Shown: one piece after another, positions 52,290 through 64,000 of the stretch
Layout of the letters: every line of letters starts with the position of its first letter
Position numbering within the stretch: the first letter of the stretch is position 1
Assembly (NCBI GenBank): GCA_028023455.1
Contig: JAQFVV010000002.1
Coordinates: 32,922,001-32,986,000 of the forward strand
Direction: 5' to 3'
DNA: 64,000 bases
Origin: Epiperipatus broadwayi
Taxonomy: Eukaryota > Animalia > Onychophora
Position numbers and translations under genes: made by a program
The notes under the pieces: model-generated
Database searches by the model: none
Seen by the model: only the letters and a program-made list of their open reading frames with translations
What the model was told of the DNA's origin: nothing

Positions 52290-52500
52290 CCACAACCGAA
52301 CAATGAGTTAATTTTAAATTTTGTTTTTGATTGGGCAAAACTGCTATTGAAAAGTTCGAGTCAGCTGTGAAGCTCTAATTACATTAGCATTTTCGAGTGG
52401 TCTGCAAAATTTTGCGATGGCCGAGTAGCATTGAAGATGATCGACGAATATGAAGCCCATTATCACATTTGATGTCATAACTCATGATCCAGCTACTGCC
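52290..52500 (+). mobile_element. Mariner transposase N-terminal (HTH) remnant
   Basis: FKFCF-LGKTA.E...FEW..KF.DGR...EDD.R in broken frames. Confidence 0.6.
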
Positions 52501-52688
52501 TTAAATTATTTGTGGTGAATATCTAATGTGACGCTACATGACGAGTACCTTGATTCTGAGGTGGTTTGCAGGCATTGTGGGACCTTAGTATATATTTATA
52601 TACATAAATTTCAAGACATGGATTTTTAAAAAATATTTATAAACTATTATTAAAATACCTGGCCGTAACAGTTTAATGCAGAGATAGT

Positions 52689-53060
52689 GAAGAATTCGAC
52701 TCAACTTGTTTCTATTGGTGCTCGAAGTCACATGACGTTTGATTATTTTATTTATTATTAGTTGAGAATTATTTATATATATGTGTGTTTATTATATTCG
52801 ATTCAGTGTAATATATATATAATTGAAATTGTATAATAAATTTTAATACTGTTTTTCAAAAACTGTCACTTGCGGATAATGAAGAATTCGACTCAACTTG
52901 TTTCTATTGGTGTTTGAAGTCACATGACCCTTGATTATTTTATTTATTATTAGTTGAGAATTATTTATATACATGGGTTTATTATATTCGATTCAGTGTA
53001 ATATATATATGAAATTGTATAATAAATTTTAATACTGTTTTTCAAAAGCTGTCACTTGCT
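52689..53060. repeat. Tandem duplication of about 190 bp
   Basis: gaagaattcgactcaacttgtttctattggtg...ctgtcacttgc occurs twice. Confidence 0.9.
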
Positions 53061-53348
53061 GATGTTGATAATACTTGACAATTTCTGCTTTCCAGCTATG
53101 CACCAATTAACATTTTCCTTATCCTCGTCTTAACTTCTTTTTTATTAGTGCTTGTTGAAAAAAATATTCCTGATTCATAAAATATTATAATCTATAAAAA
53201 AAAATTAATAACCATTAATTTTTTTATTAAAAAAAAGTTATGTTTGAATATATTAATTAAATAGTTTAAAATTAAATTTTTAATACTTATTTTAGCTTGT
53301 CAATTTAAATTAATATAGAAAAGTGAAAATAAAGTATACTGAAATAAT

Positions 53349-53906
53349 AAGATTTGAAATACCAGGCATTTTTATACCTGGAGCTTAATTGTAAATATAG
53401 AGGATTTGAACACAGACTTCAAGTCCCTTCACTATCCACACTATCTCATACCACTCATTCACATGATCACACACATGCAGAAAAGATATATAATCAACAT
53501 TTTGTGCTAAACCAGCACTCGTCAGTTGGTCCAGACTACCATCTCCCATACATATATATAATCAATGCTCAGTTTATATTAAGGTAGTAAATCCTTACAC
53601 TTTAATGGACAGGCTTCAACCCACTCCAACTCTTCAATCATGACCTCAAGTCATTCTGACCCCTCGTGTATAGGACAGTATCCATTTAAATACATAGAAA
53701 AGGGATATGCAGAATGCAGGCTTAATATGTAAGATTTGAAATATCAGGCACTCTCATACCTGCAGCGTAATTGTAAATATAGGTAATTTGAACACGGAAT
53801 TTCAAGCCCCTTCACTATCCACACTATCTCGTATCACTCATACACATGATGACACACATGCAGAAAAGGTACACGATCACCAATATACATATTTCATATA
53901 TATATA
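53349..53906 (-). mobile_element. Family C insertion, about 1.4 tandem units; degenerate hammerhead at 53494-53531
   Basis: 14-bp TSD tatactgaaataat (53335-53348, 53907-53920). aagatttgaaat starts units at 53349 and about 53731. Confidence 0.88.
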
Positions 53907-54699
53907 TATACTGAAATAATCTAAACTTCACTAAGTGACCATAAGTTTTCTTTACATCATTATATCACGTATCATACTTCGTGAATCTCTGTGAAACTTT
54001 TGGTATTTTTACACTCCTTTCAAAAAAGGGCCTTGTATGGTTGAGTGTGATTATAGATCATCAGATTTTGGAAGTGAAGTCATTGGATCTATTTTACTCT
54101 GGTACTTCCAGTGTCCAAACTTCCTACAAACTCTTGACCAATAAGGCTGTTCGATTATTTATTTATCAAAAAAGAAATATATGTCATTCTCCATTCAAAC
54201 ACAAGTTGTTTGAGGCAGAATAAGGAACTATCCCTAGAATTTCATCAGTGAGATATTACAATTTTTGATTAGTTTTTCATATTTTTAACTTTTTGGGGAT
54301 AGTTTATGATCTTTTTTTTTTGTTCATTAATGTTAGTTGACTTTTTTAAAGGTTGCAGTAACGGCGAGATGGTTCTCTTGATACTAATGAGACATTGATA
54401 TTCAAAAGTTATGATGAATAAAGGTATGCTATTGTGAAATTTTACAGGAGAATCCTTGTTTCCAATTACTAATTGATAAATAACTAAAAAAAAAAAAATC
54501 TTCATTAAATGAACATACCAAAAATAAATCAAATGTTCTATTTAACTGCGCTTCCAGAATTAAATATTATTGATAAAATATTAGTAGATATTTTTTCCAT
54601 TGTAATTCATCATCCATTTCTCAAATACTTTCCCACAATTCTTTTAGATTGTTCTAGTTAATAAAGACACTTTTAGGCAATCAAATTTATTATTTGATA

Positions 54700-55075
54700 A
54701 AAGTCTTCATGTAATACAGAGACTTCAGACTAATCACTGAATCATGGGAAAGATGCATGTTAGGAATAACAAAAAAATATCAAAAATTAAATACATGGAT
54801 GAGAAAACAAATAGTATTACATCATGAAAGAATTAAGAGACTGAAATACAGATAGGTTAAATGTATTGATAGAAGAAATGGTAGTAGATGAACTATGGAA
54901 CTCTTAAATAGGATTCCAAGAGGTTTTAAAGGCTTAGAATGAGACCACAAGTGAGATGAGTGGATGGATCAATGGAGTTTATTGATGTGATGTAGAGAAG
55001 GGAAGCTATGGTTTGAACTTGGGACTTTCTTTATGCAGTGAATCCATAATTCTTGAGGATGATGATGATAATGAT
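54700..55075 (+). mobile_element. RTE-type LINE 3' remnant
   Basis: WMRKQ..., IPRG.KR motif, and a (gat)n tail. Confidence 0.65.
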
Positions 55076-55394
55076 ACTATGTATAGCATCATATTTCTAT
55101 GAGTAGAATATGCCATGTAATTAAAAATTTTATAATTACAATAGTCCTTCCTAAACTGTTTTGCAGATTCTGAAATTAGCAAGTAGCAGCACTATATTTT
55201 TATCACTTGCATAAACGTCTGTGTCTGTATTTTTGAATCATGGATATCGAAATCATGGCTAGGGGGAAATACTGAAATTTAGTTGCTCAGATTTATGTAC
55301 TATATATAATTCAAAATTTAATTAAACTCATATGAAAATACATTGCTTTTAATGTATTCAGTAAGAATAATATAATCTGAAATGTTTTTAAACC

Positions 55395-56095
55395 GCTACA
55401 TCACATGATCATCATTTCCTATGCGTACACAAGTTATTAAAACAATACCAAATTCTCTGCATAGTAATGCCACCCAGTGCAAGTTTTAATAATCAATGGA
55501 TGCAAGAAGCTTTATTCATATAATCCTTTTCTATTGCCTAATCATTCAGTATCCCCAAAATAATTGTTAGCTTGTGGCTTTTATTAGTGAGGAACTTTGG
55601 ATCTGAGAGCATTGTGCCTGGATCATAGGATCTAATGCAACCCTCCAGAAACTGCCTTTTACCTTTTTAGTTAACTATAAAGCTATGAGTTCAATCCAAG
55701 CTCATTCACGTGGTTAATCATATAGATTTGAACCCAGTTCAGTATGTATACATTTTGGTGTCTTTGGTTCTTTAATAACTATAGGTACCATCATCCCACC
55801 AGCATGAATGGTATTTAAACCACTAAACATCACATGATCATCATTTCCTATGCTTACACAAACTGTTAAAAACAGTGACAAACTCTCCATACAGTAGTAC
55901 CACCCAGTTCAAGCCATAGTAATCAATGGATGCAAGAAAGTTTGAGCATAAAATCCCTACCACCCTATTCATCCAATATCCCCAGACTAAGATCTAGATG
56001 CAGTGCTCTGAAATCCAAGGCTTCTCAGCATACATTGATTACTATGGCTTTGATTGGATGGCACTACTGTATAGAGAGTTTAATACTGTTTTAAA
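55395..56095 (-). mobile_element. Family B tandem (period about 430 nt) ending in a fold-back; ribozymes degenerate or deleted
   Basis: catcacatgatcatcatttcctatgc occurs at about 55398 and 55828. Confidence 0.85.
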
Positions 56096-56200
56096 AATAT
56101 GTGTTAAAAATGAATAATAGCTCACCCCATAATCTTCAAATATTGTTGAATCTAAAGGGGCATGTCTTTTTTGGAAGGGGCATGTATGTAGCAAGAGTGA

Positions 56201-56581
56201 AGTAGGACAATTTCAGAAGAGGCAGATAATCCAGAGGAAAAAATCAATAATATAGAAGAGCTATGGAATGATGAGGCTCATAGTGACAGATCCGGAAGCA
56301 GGCAAGGTGAAGTAGTGCAGATTATCTCAGAAAAGTCTGATAATCCGGTGGAAGAACTTGATAATGTAGAAGAGCAATGGAGCAATGAGGCTCATAGTGA
56401 CAGTTCCGGAAGGGAGGAAGTAGATGGCTATCCAAAGGAAATACAGCAACAAATTAATACTAGCCCTGGGTTTACTGATGAAACAGAAGAAATCACAGAT
56501 GATGAAGAAATAAGCTCACAAGAGGAAAATTTTGAAGAAATTTCAGAACAGGAAAGCGATAGAAATTCAGAAATGGGTTAA
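56201..56581 (+). other. Acidic open frame (about 126 aa) with two in-frame repeats of about 38 aa; origin unknown
   Basis: ISEEADNPEEKINNIEELWNDEAHSDRSG / ISEKSDNPVEELDNVEEQWSNEAHSDSSG. Purine-rich, no ATG, no clear splice sites. Confidence 0.35.
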
Positions 56582-56789
56582 AGTGTGAATTCCATAGATG
56601 CATGGCATCTTGGATGTAGTTCTAAGGATCTGTGAATTAAAGGACTTGGCAATTCAAAGACTCTTATGGATCAATGGAGAAGACTAGGGTTATTGACTGT
56701 AGTATGATCTCTTTAAACAAATGTATTTACATCATGTAGCGGGTGATCAGTCATCTGCATTTTTTTTCCTTAATGAAAAATGTTGACAA

Positions 56790-56881
56790 GCGTTGATGGC
56801 CTAGTGGTTAGTATAGCTGCCTTTCAAGCAGCTGGCCTGGGTTCGTTTCCCGGTCAACGCATTTGACATATGAAAAAAAAA
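56790..56881 (+). mobile_element. tRNA-Gly(TCC)-derived short SINE or tRNA pseudogene, anticodon loop CT-TTC-AA
   Basis: GCGTTGA TG GCCT AGTGGTTA GTAT A GCTGC CTTTCAA GCAGC TGGC CTGGG TTCGTTT CCCGG TCAACGC A, with the same tgacatatg(A)n tail as the other two copies. Confidence 0.75.
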
Positions 56882-57989
56882 TGGGAAAATGTTTTTAGGG
56901 TCTATTATAACTTATTTTTATCTTTAACAATAATCAACTGATCCTTTTTAAAATATAATTTATAGAAATATTTATTACTAAAATCATTTTCAAACTTGAT
57001 CGGCTCTGAATCGTTAAACACAATGGTGAGGGATTCAAAAACCTAAAGATTTCCCGATTGTTGCTCGAATGTTATCTGACCTCTCTAGCATTTTATTACC
57101 ATTGAATTTATTTTCCTTTTCAACTATTTTAATATCGAATACAAAATTTTCATCATTATATTTTCTCACACTGAATTAATTTAAATTTTACTTTAAATTA
57201 AAAACGATTTTTATTATGGCTTTCAAGATTTAATAAAATATTTAATTGGATTTCAAAAATCTTAGCTCGTTTTTATCGCTTCAATTTCCTTGATTATTTT
57301 CAATAATTAAATTTGACTATAAATATTCGGCTGTATTAGTTTTGAAAAGCGTAAACAAATTAATTCTCAATTTTATTATAAACAATAAAAATTGTTTTCA
57401 TTAATCAAAATATTTTGATAGAAATCTTTTCCTTTTTTTATTTTATTTTTGTGACGTCTTATTCATTCCTTCACCGGCTCTAAAGTAAAACCTGAAGTGT
57501 AATAATATTCTGATGGTTAATACTTGTTGAATTTCAACCTATTTAATCACTTTTTTTTAATCACTTGAAATTTAATTTTTTATTTCATTTTATAACAAAA
57601 GTGCTTGTGATTAAAAACGAGGTTTAGCTCTCCTTTTCGCAGCTGTATTTGAAATTACGATATCAGAGTTTCAAGATTATGATCGATTTCAGAAATAATC
57701 TTCTCTCGCCAAATACACTTTAATGTTTCTGTTGCTATATATATTGTTAAAACTGTAATCTTTTGCAAGTGTTTTCATGCTGATCCGATCCATTCCAGCA
57801 GCTAATATCATCCCCGAGATTTATATTCAATTAAGTATTGGAATTTATTTTTTTTAATGTGCGTATATTTATGATTTCTCAATTCTATTTAAACATTAAT
57901 TATACAAAATATCTATAACTCACTATTTAATATAATAAACAAAACCCAACCACATCATCGCTACGGATCGGCCCCACCAGATTAGTTCT

Positions 57990-58700
57990 TTATATACAAA
58001 TATTCAAAAGATAATTGACGTAAAAGAAAACCCAATCACAAATAAAATAATACTGGACAGCACATAAATTACTAAATGGAGAAAAACGCATAATCGACAG
58101 AAAATTAGACATCACCAATCAGCAACTGATATACAAATTTCACTATTGGTTCATCGAACCAAAGTACCAAGACTTTCTAATCAAATATAACCTGGACTCC
58201 CTTCCCATGAATGCCTACCTATCACACTAAAGAAATATAAAGAAGATAGACCCTATGTGCCAGATGTGCAGCAGGGAAGAGGAGTCCATAGACCACATAT
58301 TTATAAGTTGTAATAAATTAAATTACCATAGAATACTCCTCACAAGATGGACAAACAATCCATTCAGGCAATTCATACCCATTAAATGATACATCAAACA
58401 AAGTGTTTATGCAGAAATAAGGCTTAAAATCTTCATGTACTTCGCATTATGGTGCATACGATGTAAAATCACTATTGGGTAATTGGGAGATTCACAGGGA
58501 ATGGAACTAAAGAAAATCATAGAAAAAATCAAACAAAGAGACAATTTAATACTCCAGATTATTTGTTAAACACCACTTGGAGAAGCTTCAAATAAAGAAG
58601 ACGATCGCTAAATCTGCAGAATTGAACTGCTGGAGAAGCAACTATATATATAGAAGTAAGTACATTAAAGCTGAATGATTTACATCTGAAACCATAGTGT
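57990..58700 (+). mobile_element. L1/Tx1-type LINE 3' remnant with zf-RVT CCHC motif
   Basis: tgccagatgtgc...cacatatttataagttgt at about 58257-58310 translates to CQMCSREEESIDHIFISC. Confidence 0.8.
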
Positions 58701-61700
58701 AATAAAATAAACAATTTATATTATACTGTAATAGAAAAATGTAAGTTTGTACAGCATAATAAATTTCTCATAATAAAAAAAAAAAAAAATAAATGGAAAT
58801 TTTTGAAGACATAAAATCCCCCCCCCCCAGTAATGTTTACTATTTTTATTTTGGGGCAGAAATGTTCATATGGTACTGTATTCAAAGTACTCTTTAGTGT
58901 AGTGTGCATAAGTTTTCAATTCGTGAATAGGTAGTTAGAGTCATGTTAAAATTTGATATTTTACAAAATACTACTTTTAACACTTGTTTCAAGTTGGTAG
59001 TTAAGTGCTAGTTTAAGCATTGTTGATATTCTAACATACTAAGATTCTATTCACTAACATCTAACTGAAAAAAGTCTGTGAGCTCCTTATATATATGTTT
59101 GGTGAAGTCATGAATTACTCTGTACAATATACATGATTTTAATTGTACGTTATTCCAAAAAATGTAAATAAAAAATAAAATTACTTGAAATTTAATAGAT
59201 TTTACTATATTCGAGCTGTAATGTTTCCTTTCCCAAATGCTGTACTTGATCACATTCAAATTTGTAAATAAATTTTACAATATTCCCGTAGGAATTTTTT
59301 CCGTCTCAGAATGCCATATATTATTATGCTTTTTGATAAAATTCCTGTGATTTATATTGAAAGTACGTACATTTTATTCATCTTTTATTATCCTTTCCAA
59401 ATTTGATATGCAGTATTTCACATAATAAAATATTTTCTAAGTCTTATGCAGAAAGTTTTTACATAATTTTAGAAAATTCTTAAAGTTGATACTGACTTAA
59501 AAACATCAGGAACAATTAGAGAGATTCTATTTTTTATAACGACTTATTATGTTTATATAAGAGAAAATAGTTATTGGAAAAAAAAGACAAATATAACCCA
59601 GGTCATAATTAATTGCGATGAAAGTTAGAAATTTTGCTATTTACTTTATTTCAAGGCTAAAAATACAGAACAGTTTAATGTAATCAATAATAAGAATATG
59701 ACCAATTAATTTTATTTATTTTATTTTTTTTAAATTATTTAACACTTTTTTTTTTCAAATCCTTTTTTTTTTTTTATTTCATGAATCTTTTTTTGGAGGA
59801 AAATTGAAATAAAAAAAAAAAGATTTGGAAAGAAAAAGTGTGTTAAATGAATTTTTTTTAAATATATATTTTAAAAATATAGTACAGTAAGTTATTTTTT
59901 TAACATATTTTTTCAGGGAATGAATAAATGAATCACACTCAGTAAAATAGATATGTGTCTCCTCTATTTATTATTAAGAATATTATTTCTTTAAAATGTC
60001 ATTTATATTATAATTTTAATTTATGTATACATACAAAATACATGTATAAAAAGTTTCTACTATATATAGAGAGAGATTTTTAAAAGGCCCAAGAGCATAA
60101 ATGAAAGGTGTGAATTAAAGAAGAATCATTGAATTAAAATTTACATTGTGCAAGAAAAAAAGTCTAAATCCGCAATGGATCCATTGCTAGTATATGCTTC
60201 CTATTGCCGTTATCATTTTACGATATCTTCTTAAAAAGTTATCTTTCTAGAACATGCAATGAGGAATTACCTTGACAAGTTAACTGTGTGCAACATAACA
60301 TCTGGATTTGAAACAACCAAATTTCATATCTCGCATGATTCTTGACAGATTGTTTATTCGGAGATAACTTTCTAGAGAATAATGCATATAAATATTGCTG
60401 AAATAGTACGTTTGAATGGCCAGCAGTGAAGAGTATCAGTTGTTGAAAAGCTGGAGATGAAACGTAAAAATTGCAACGTTGAGCATTAGTGACCAAATAT
60501 TATACATGAGAATATTAGGAATATAAATGCATCAGCAAGTAAACAGGCATTATCTTTTAATATTTGTATTACTGAATATCTATTTGTACAGCACTTTGTG
60601 GCTTCTTTGTTTACCTAATACCTTTATATTTGAATTTGCAAATCCAATGATCCTATTATTTGGAAATCTTTTTAATCCAGGCTAGTATATATCAAGTACT
60701 TGATATATCTTGCTCAGTATAATTTATTGATTTATAAAAATCCAATGTCTTATTATATATTTTTAGTTTTCTTATAATATATATTTAAAGAGATGTATTA
60801 TGAGATTATGATCACAATTTGGTACAGAGCATTGTGAATCCTCTGGCGAACTAGTTTTGTAATATTTGTAATTCACATTTTTGCATTTTATTGGGTCTTT
60901 AAGTTGTAGTCAAAAATTAAAATGGTACCTCTTCAAGTAGAAGATGAAGAACTTACTTGATATATTATAATGGTTGACCATTTTCTTTTACCTATTAGCT
61001 GAAAAAGTGAGGATAACTAATTAAAGATAAATTGCCTTTAAAAGCTTCAAATCTGAAAGAGAATTTGAAATTAAGAACTCAAAAATAAAAAAAATGGAGT
61101 TCTTACATCATTTTTTAAAAGAGAAACTATAAAATGTTTAGAAATTAAACAAAAAATTATAGAATTGTCATCAAAACTCTCTCAGTGGATCACTTTTATC
61201 ATCTTAGATTTTCAAAGATATCAGTAATATCTATTAGTTGTCTCATCTATATATTTCACTTTTAATCTTGTTTGAATCTTAGCATATTTCACAGCTCCAA
61301 TATTATTTATTCTAAGTCTCGGTTTTATAAATGAACATTCTCTTCAGTAATCAATTTTACCTTTTGTATTTCCATTTAAAGTAATAAATTTCTACAGTAT
61401 TTATAATTTTTAAGTTATTATTATTCAACTTTTTTTCTCTCTTTTTGAGAATTGATTAAACATTACTTTGTGCATTTTTCCTTAGTACTGCTTACATCTG
61501 ATAGCTCTTGCTAGATTTTCTATAATCCTGAAGCATTATTTGTGGAAACAATTGCATTATGTTTTAAAATAATCATATTATTGTTGCGTTGCTTTTAATT
61601 TTTATTCACAAAATAATTTTTTTAAAACTTTTATAAAATATTTTGAGGAGATGGAACCACTCTGCTGCATCCAAATCGTGATGTAATTATAATTACTTCT

Positions 61701-63584
61701 GCTATAATATATTTTTCAGAATATCACAATATTCTGGAATCTATAGCATGATGTTTCAGTACTTTGTTACTCGAAAATGTTTATAAATATCGAGTCTTTT
61801 TGTAATCTACTTATCTAGTGCAAAATGGCAATACAGTTGATCTCTTGTAAAAAATTTGTTAATATTTTGATATATGATCCACTGTGCTGTGACCACTTTT
61901 AAATTCAGGTTATTCCTTCAGCTGGTTTGAATCTTAAGTTTCAAATAGATGATTGACAATAATCTTAATAAATCCATGTTATACATAAGGGGAAACACAA
62001 AAATAAACAAAATTTTGTAATAATAAAAATGGGTATTTATTTTTAGGTGTCACAAATTGAATCCATTTCCAAATATAATCCATTTAATGCAGTGTATTGG
62101 TTTAAACATGTTTTTCACTTTTCAAAAAAGTCTGGAAACTTTTGCAAAGTGATGCCTTTTAACCCCTGCATCTGGGGTTTTTTTTCACAAAAAATAAATT
62201 GAGGTATTTTTTCATTTGAGAGAATATAAAGCACTTACACAAAGTGAATTCGAATGAATATCGCTGATAGGTAAACTGAAATTGCTCATCCCTTTAAACC
62301 AAAAATAGGATGTTTTTGTCTTGCCACATCACACAAATTTTTCACAACTTACAGCTTTTAAATATTTGCTCATTACAAACAAAATCTGAGTGAACAAAAT
62401 CAGCATTGTCTTGACATTGAGTCCACACTTTTTTGGAATATGGGGGATTTGACACTTCCATTTAACCAATCGTAAACTTGTGTTTTCCCCAAAGCAGTGC
62501 ACTAATAAGCTGTTTCAAGAATTACCACTGTTTTTTTTTTGCCATTTTCCCTAAAAGAAAGCAGAATTTAACATTGATCCAACTTTTCAGCCATTACATA
62601 AATCGATAAGTATGCAAAATACTTTACAAAAAAAGATGTAATATGGCACCATTCTTTCCCATAGTGATATCATTTGGCAGATTGAGCAAAAGGATCCCCG
62701 CAAGAACTATCTAGCAGCAGAAGCATGTACTACAACAGGTGCATCTGCCAAAGAACGATTTCAATTATTTGGGGGTCCTTCCTCGTACAACTGATAGAGG
62801 ACAGAAAAATCTTTCATTCTTAATATTGTCACATGTCTAAATGCTATCTTCCAATCATGTGATACAATTTTATCATTTACATTTTTTGCATCACTTTGTC
62901 AATAATTATTCTTATTTAACTTCACTATCAAATGATTTTTTGGTTTGGACTTCTCTGCACTTTATTTATATACTGTCATGTTCATTATCAAATAATTGAA
63001 TGACATCCATCTTGTTTTTAATTATTTAAGAAAGTTTTTCTTATTATCAAGATGATGTTTTATATTTTTGAGACTTTAATTCTTTTTTATAGTTTTGTAT
63101 TGTGTTTTAATTCAAAATGTTATTTAATGAAAGAAATATTAATTGTTATATGGATTGGAATATAGATGCTAATGTTATTTACAAGGCAAGGGTATAGAAT
63201 ATTTACTTACTGTAGGTGACATTTTAAAATTAATACTCAATTCAACATTTTGTATTGCATGTTAATTCAAAAAACTTATTTAATTAATAAAAATATTATT
63301 TCTATGATAAGCATTTATTCGCTTCCAAAAAAAGATTGATTTATTAAAATTTTAAATAATAAATATGCTTTCAACCCAGAAGATCACATTCATAGTGCTC
63401 AAACGCAGTTACTGATACTATTATTGTATGAAAAATAATGGCTTAATAAATAGTAAGTATGTAAATTTGTTGATTTATATATTCCACTTTCTGTATTATG
63501 CGATACAAGTCTTTTTTGTTTATTGCATAGGTGTCGTAGTAAAAAAAAAGAAGTAAAATTGTTATAAGAATTACAAAAACATAT

Positions 63585-64000
63585 TTAAAATTTGATATAC
63601 AGGCATTCTTATACTGGGAACTTAATTGTAAATATAGGGGATTTGAACTCGGGCTTTCAAGCAACCTTCAACTATCCACACTATATCATAATACCAATAC
63701 ACATGACCACATGTGTCAGATTTCAATGGTATAAATGGCTGAAAAGTTGGAGGTTGGAGTAGATTGAAGCCTGTCCATTAAAGTATAAAGATTTGCTATC
63801 TTAATATAGCCTGAGCACTGATTATGTATATGTGTGGGAGATGGTAATCTGGACCAACTGATGAGTGCTGGTTCAGCATGAAATACGTCTATTGGTTATT
63901 ATTTATATTTTCTACATGTGTGTGGTTATATGTCAGTAATATGAGATAGTGTGGATAGTTGAAGGTTGCTTGAAAATCTGTGTTCAAATGCCTTATATTT
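63585..64000. mobile_element. Family C insertion: inverted segment plus a sense unit with an intact hammerhead at 63853-63896; runs off the window
   Basis: accaa CTGATGA gtgctg gtt cagcat GAAA tacgtc TA ttggt. Stem I is 5 bp, stem II is 6 bp. Confidence 0.88.

Noticed and set aside
56790-56861. Functional tRNA-Glu(TTC) gene
   Set aside because: The body is Gly(TCC)-type, the D stem is weak, A58 is lost, and it has the polyA tail shared with two TSD-flanked SINE copies. Kept as a SINE/pseudogene.
62000-62900. GC-richer stretch that may be decayed transposase coding sequence
   Set aside because: Manual translation gave no motif I could assign; it needs tblastx or HMM searches.
2723-63664. Remaining 60-100-aa ORFs in the six-frame track, and any CRISPR or prokaryotic operon interpretation
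   Set aside because: The short ORFs fall in repeats (families B, C and F) or AT-rich DNA. There are no repeat-spacer arrays, and the gene structure is eukaryotic.

Overview
This is AT-rich eukaryotic DNA, probably from an arthropod (inferred, not shown). Only one host coding segment is recognisable: exon 1 of a two-pore-domain (TWIK/KCNK1-type) K+ channel at 23419-23611. No matching second exon was found, so 23612-64000 is probably a first intron of more than 40 kb. The rest is a patchwork of mobile DNA: RTE, L2/CR1-type and L1/Tx1-type LINE fragments, hAT, mariner and Ginger2-type DNA transposon remnants, two tRNA-derived SINE families, and a 1.4-kb pure (GAA)n tract. The main unannotated signal is about 25 minimal type-I hammerhead ribozyme (HHR) motifs in five repeat families, which I label A-E. 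Families A-D have the canonical CUGANGA...GAAA...UH core. B, C and D occur as tandem or fold-back units of about 350-500 nt that look like non-LTR retrozymes. Family E sits 55-100 nt behind the stop codon of three distinct Penelope-like GIY-YIG endonuclease ends. It has a non-canonical left core, AUGAAUA(+U), read as an A3-U8 swap of the conserved C3-G8 pair, and its stems covary. A second oddity is a short tRNA-Gly(TCC)-derived SINE whose three copies read TTC, TGC and TAC at the anticodon. All calls were made by eye; no database search or folding program was run, and repeat boundaries are approximate unless a TSD fixes them.
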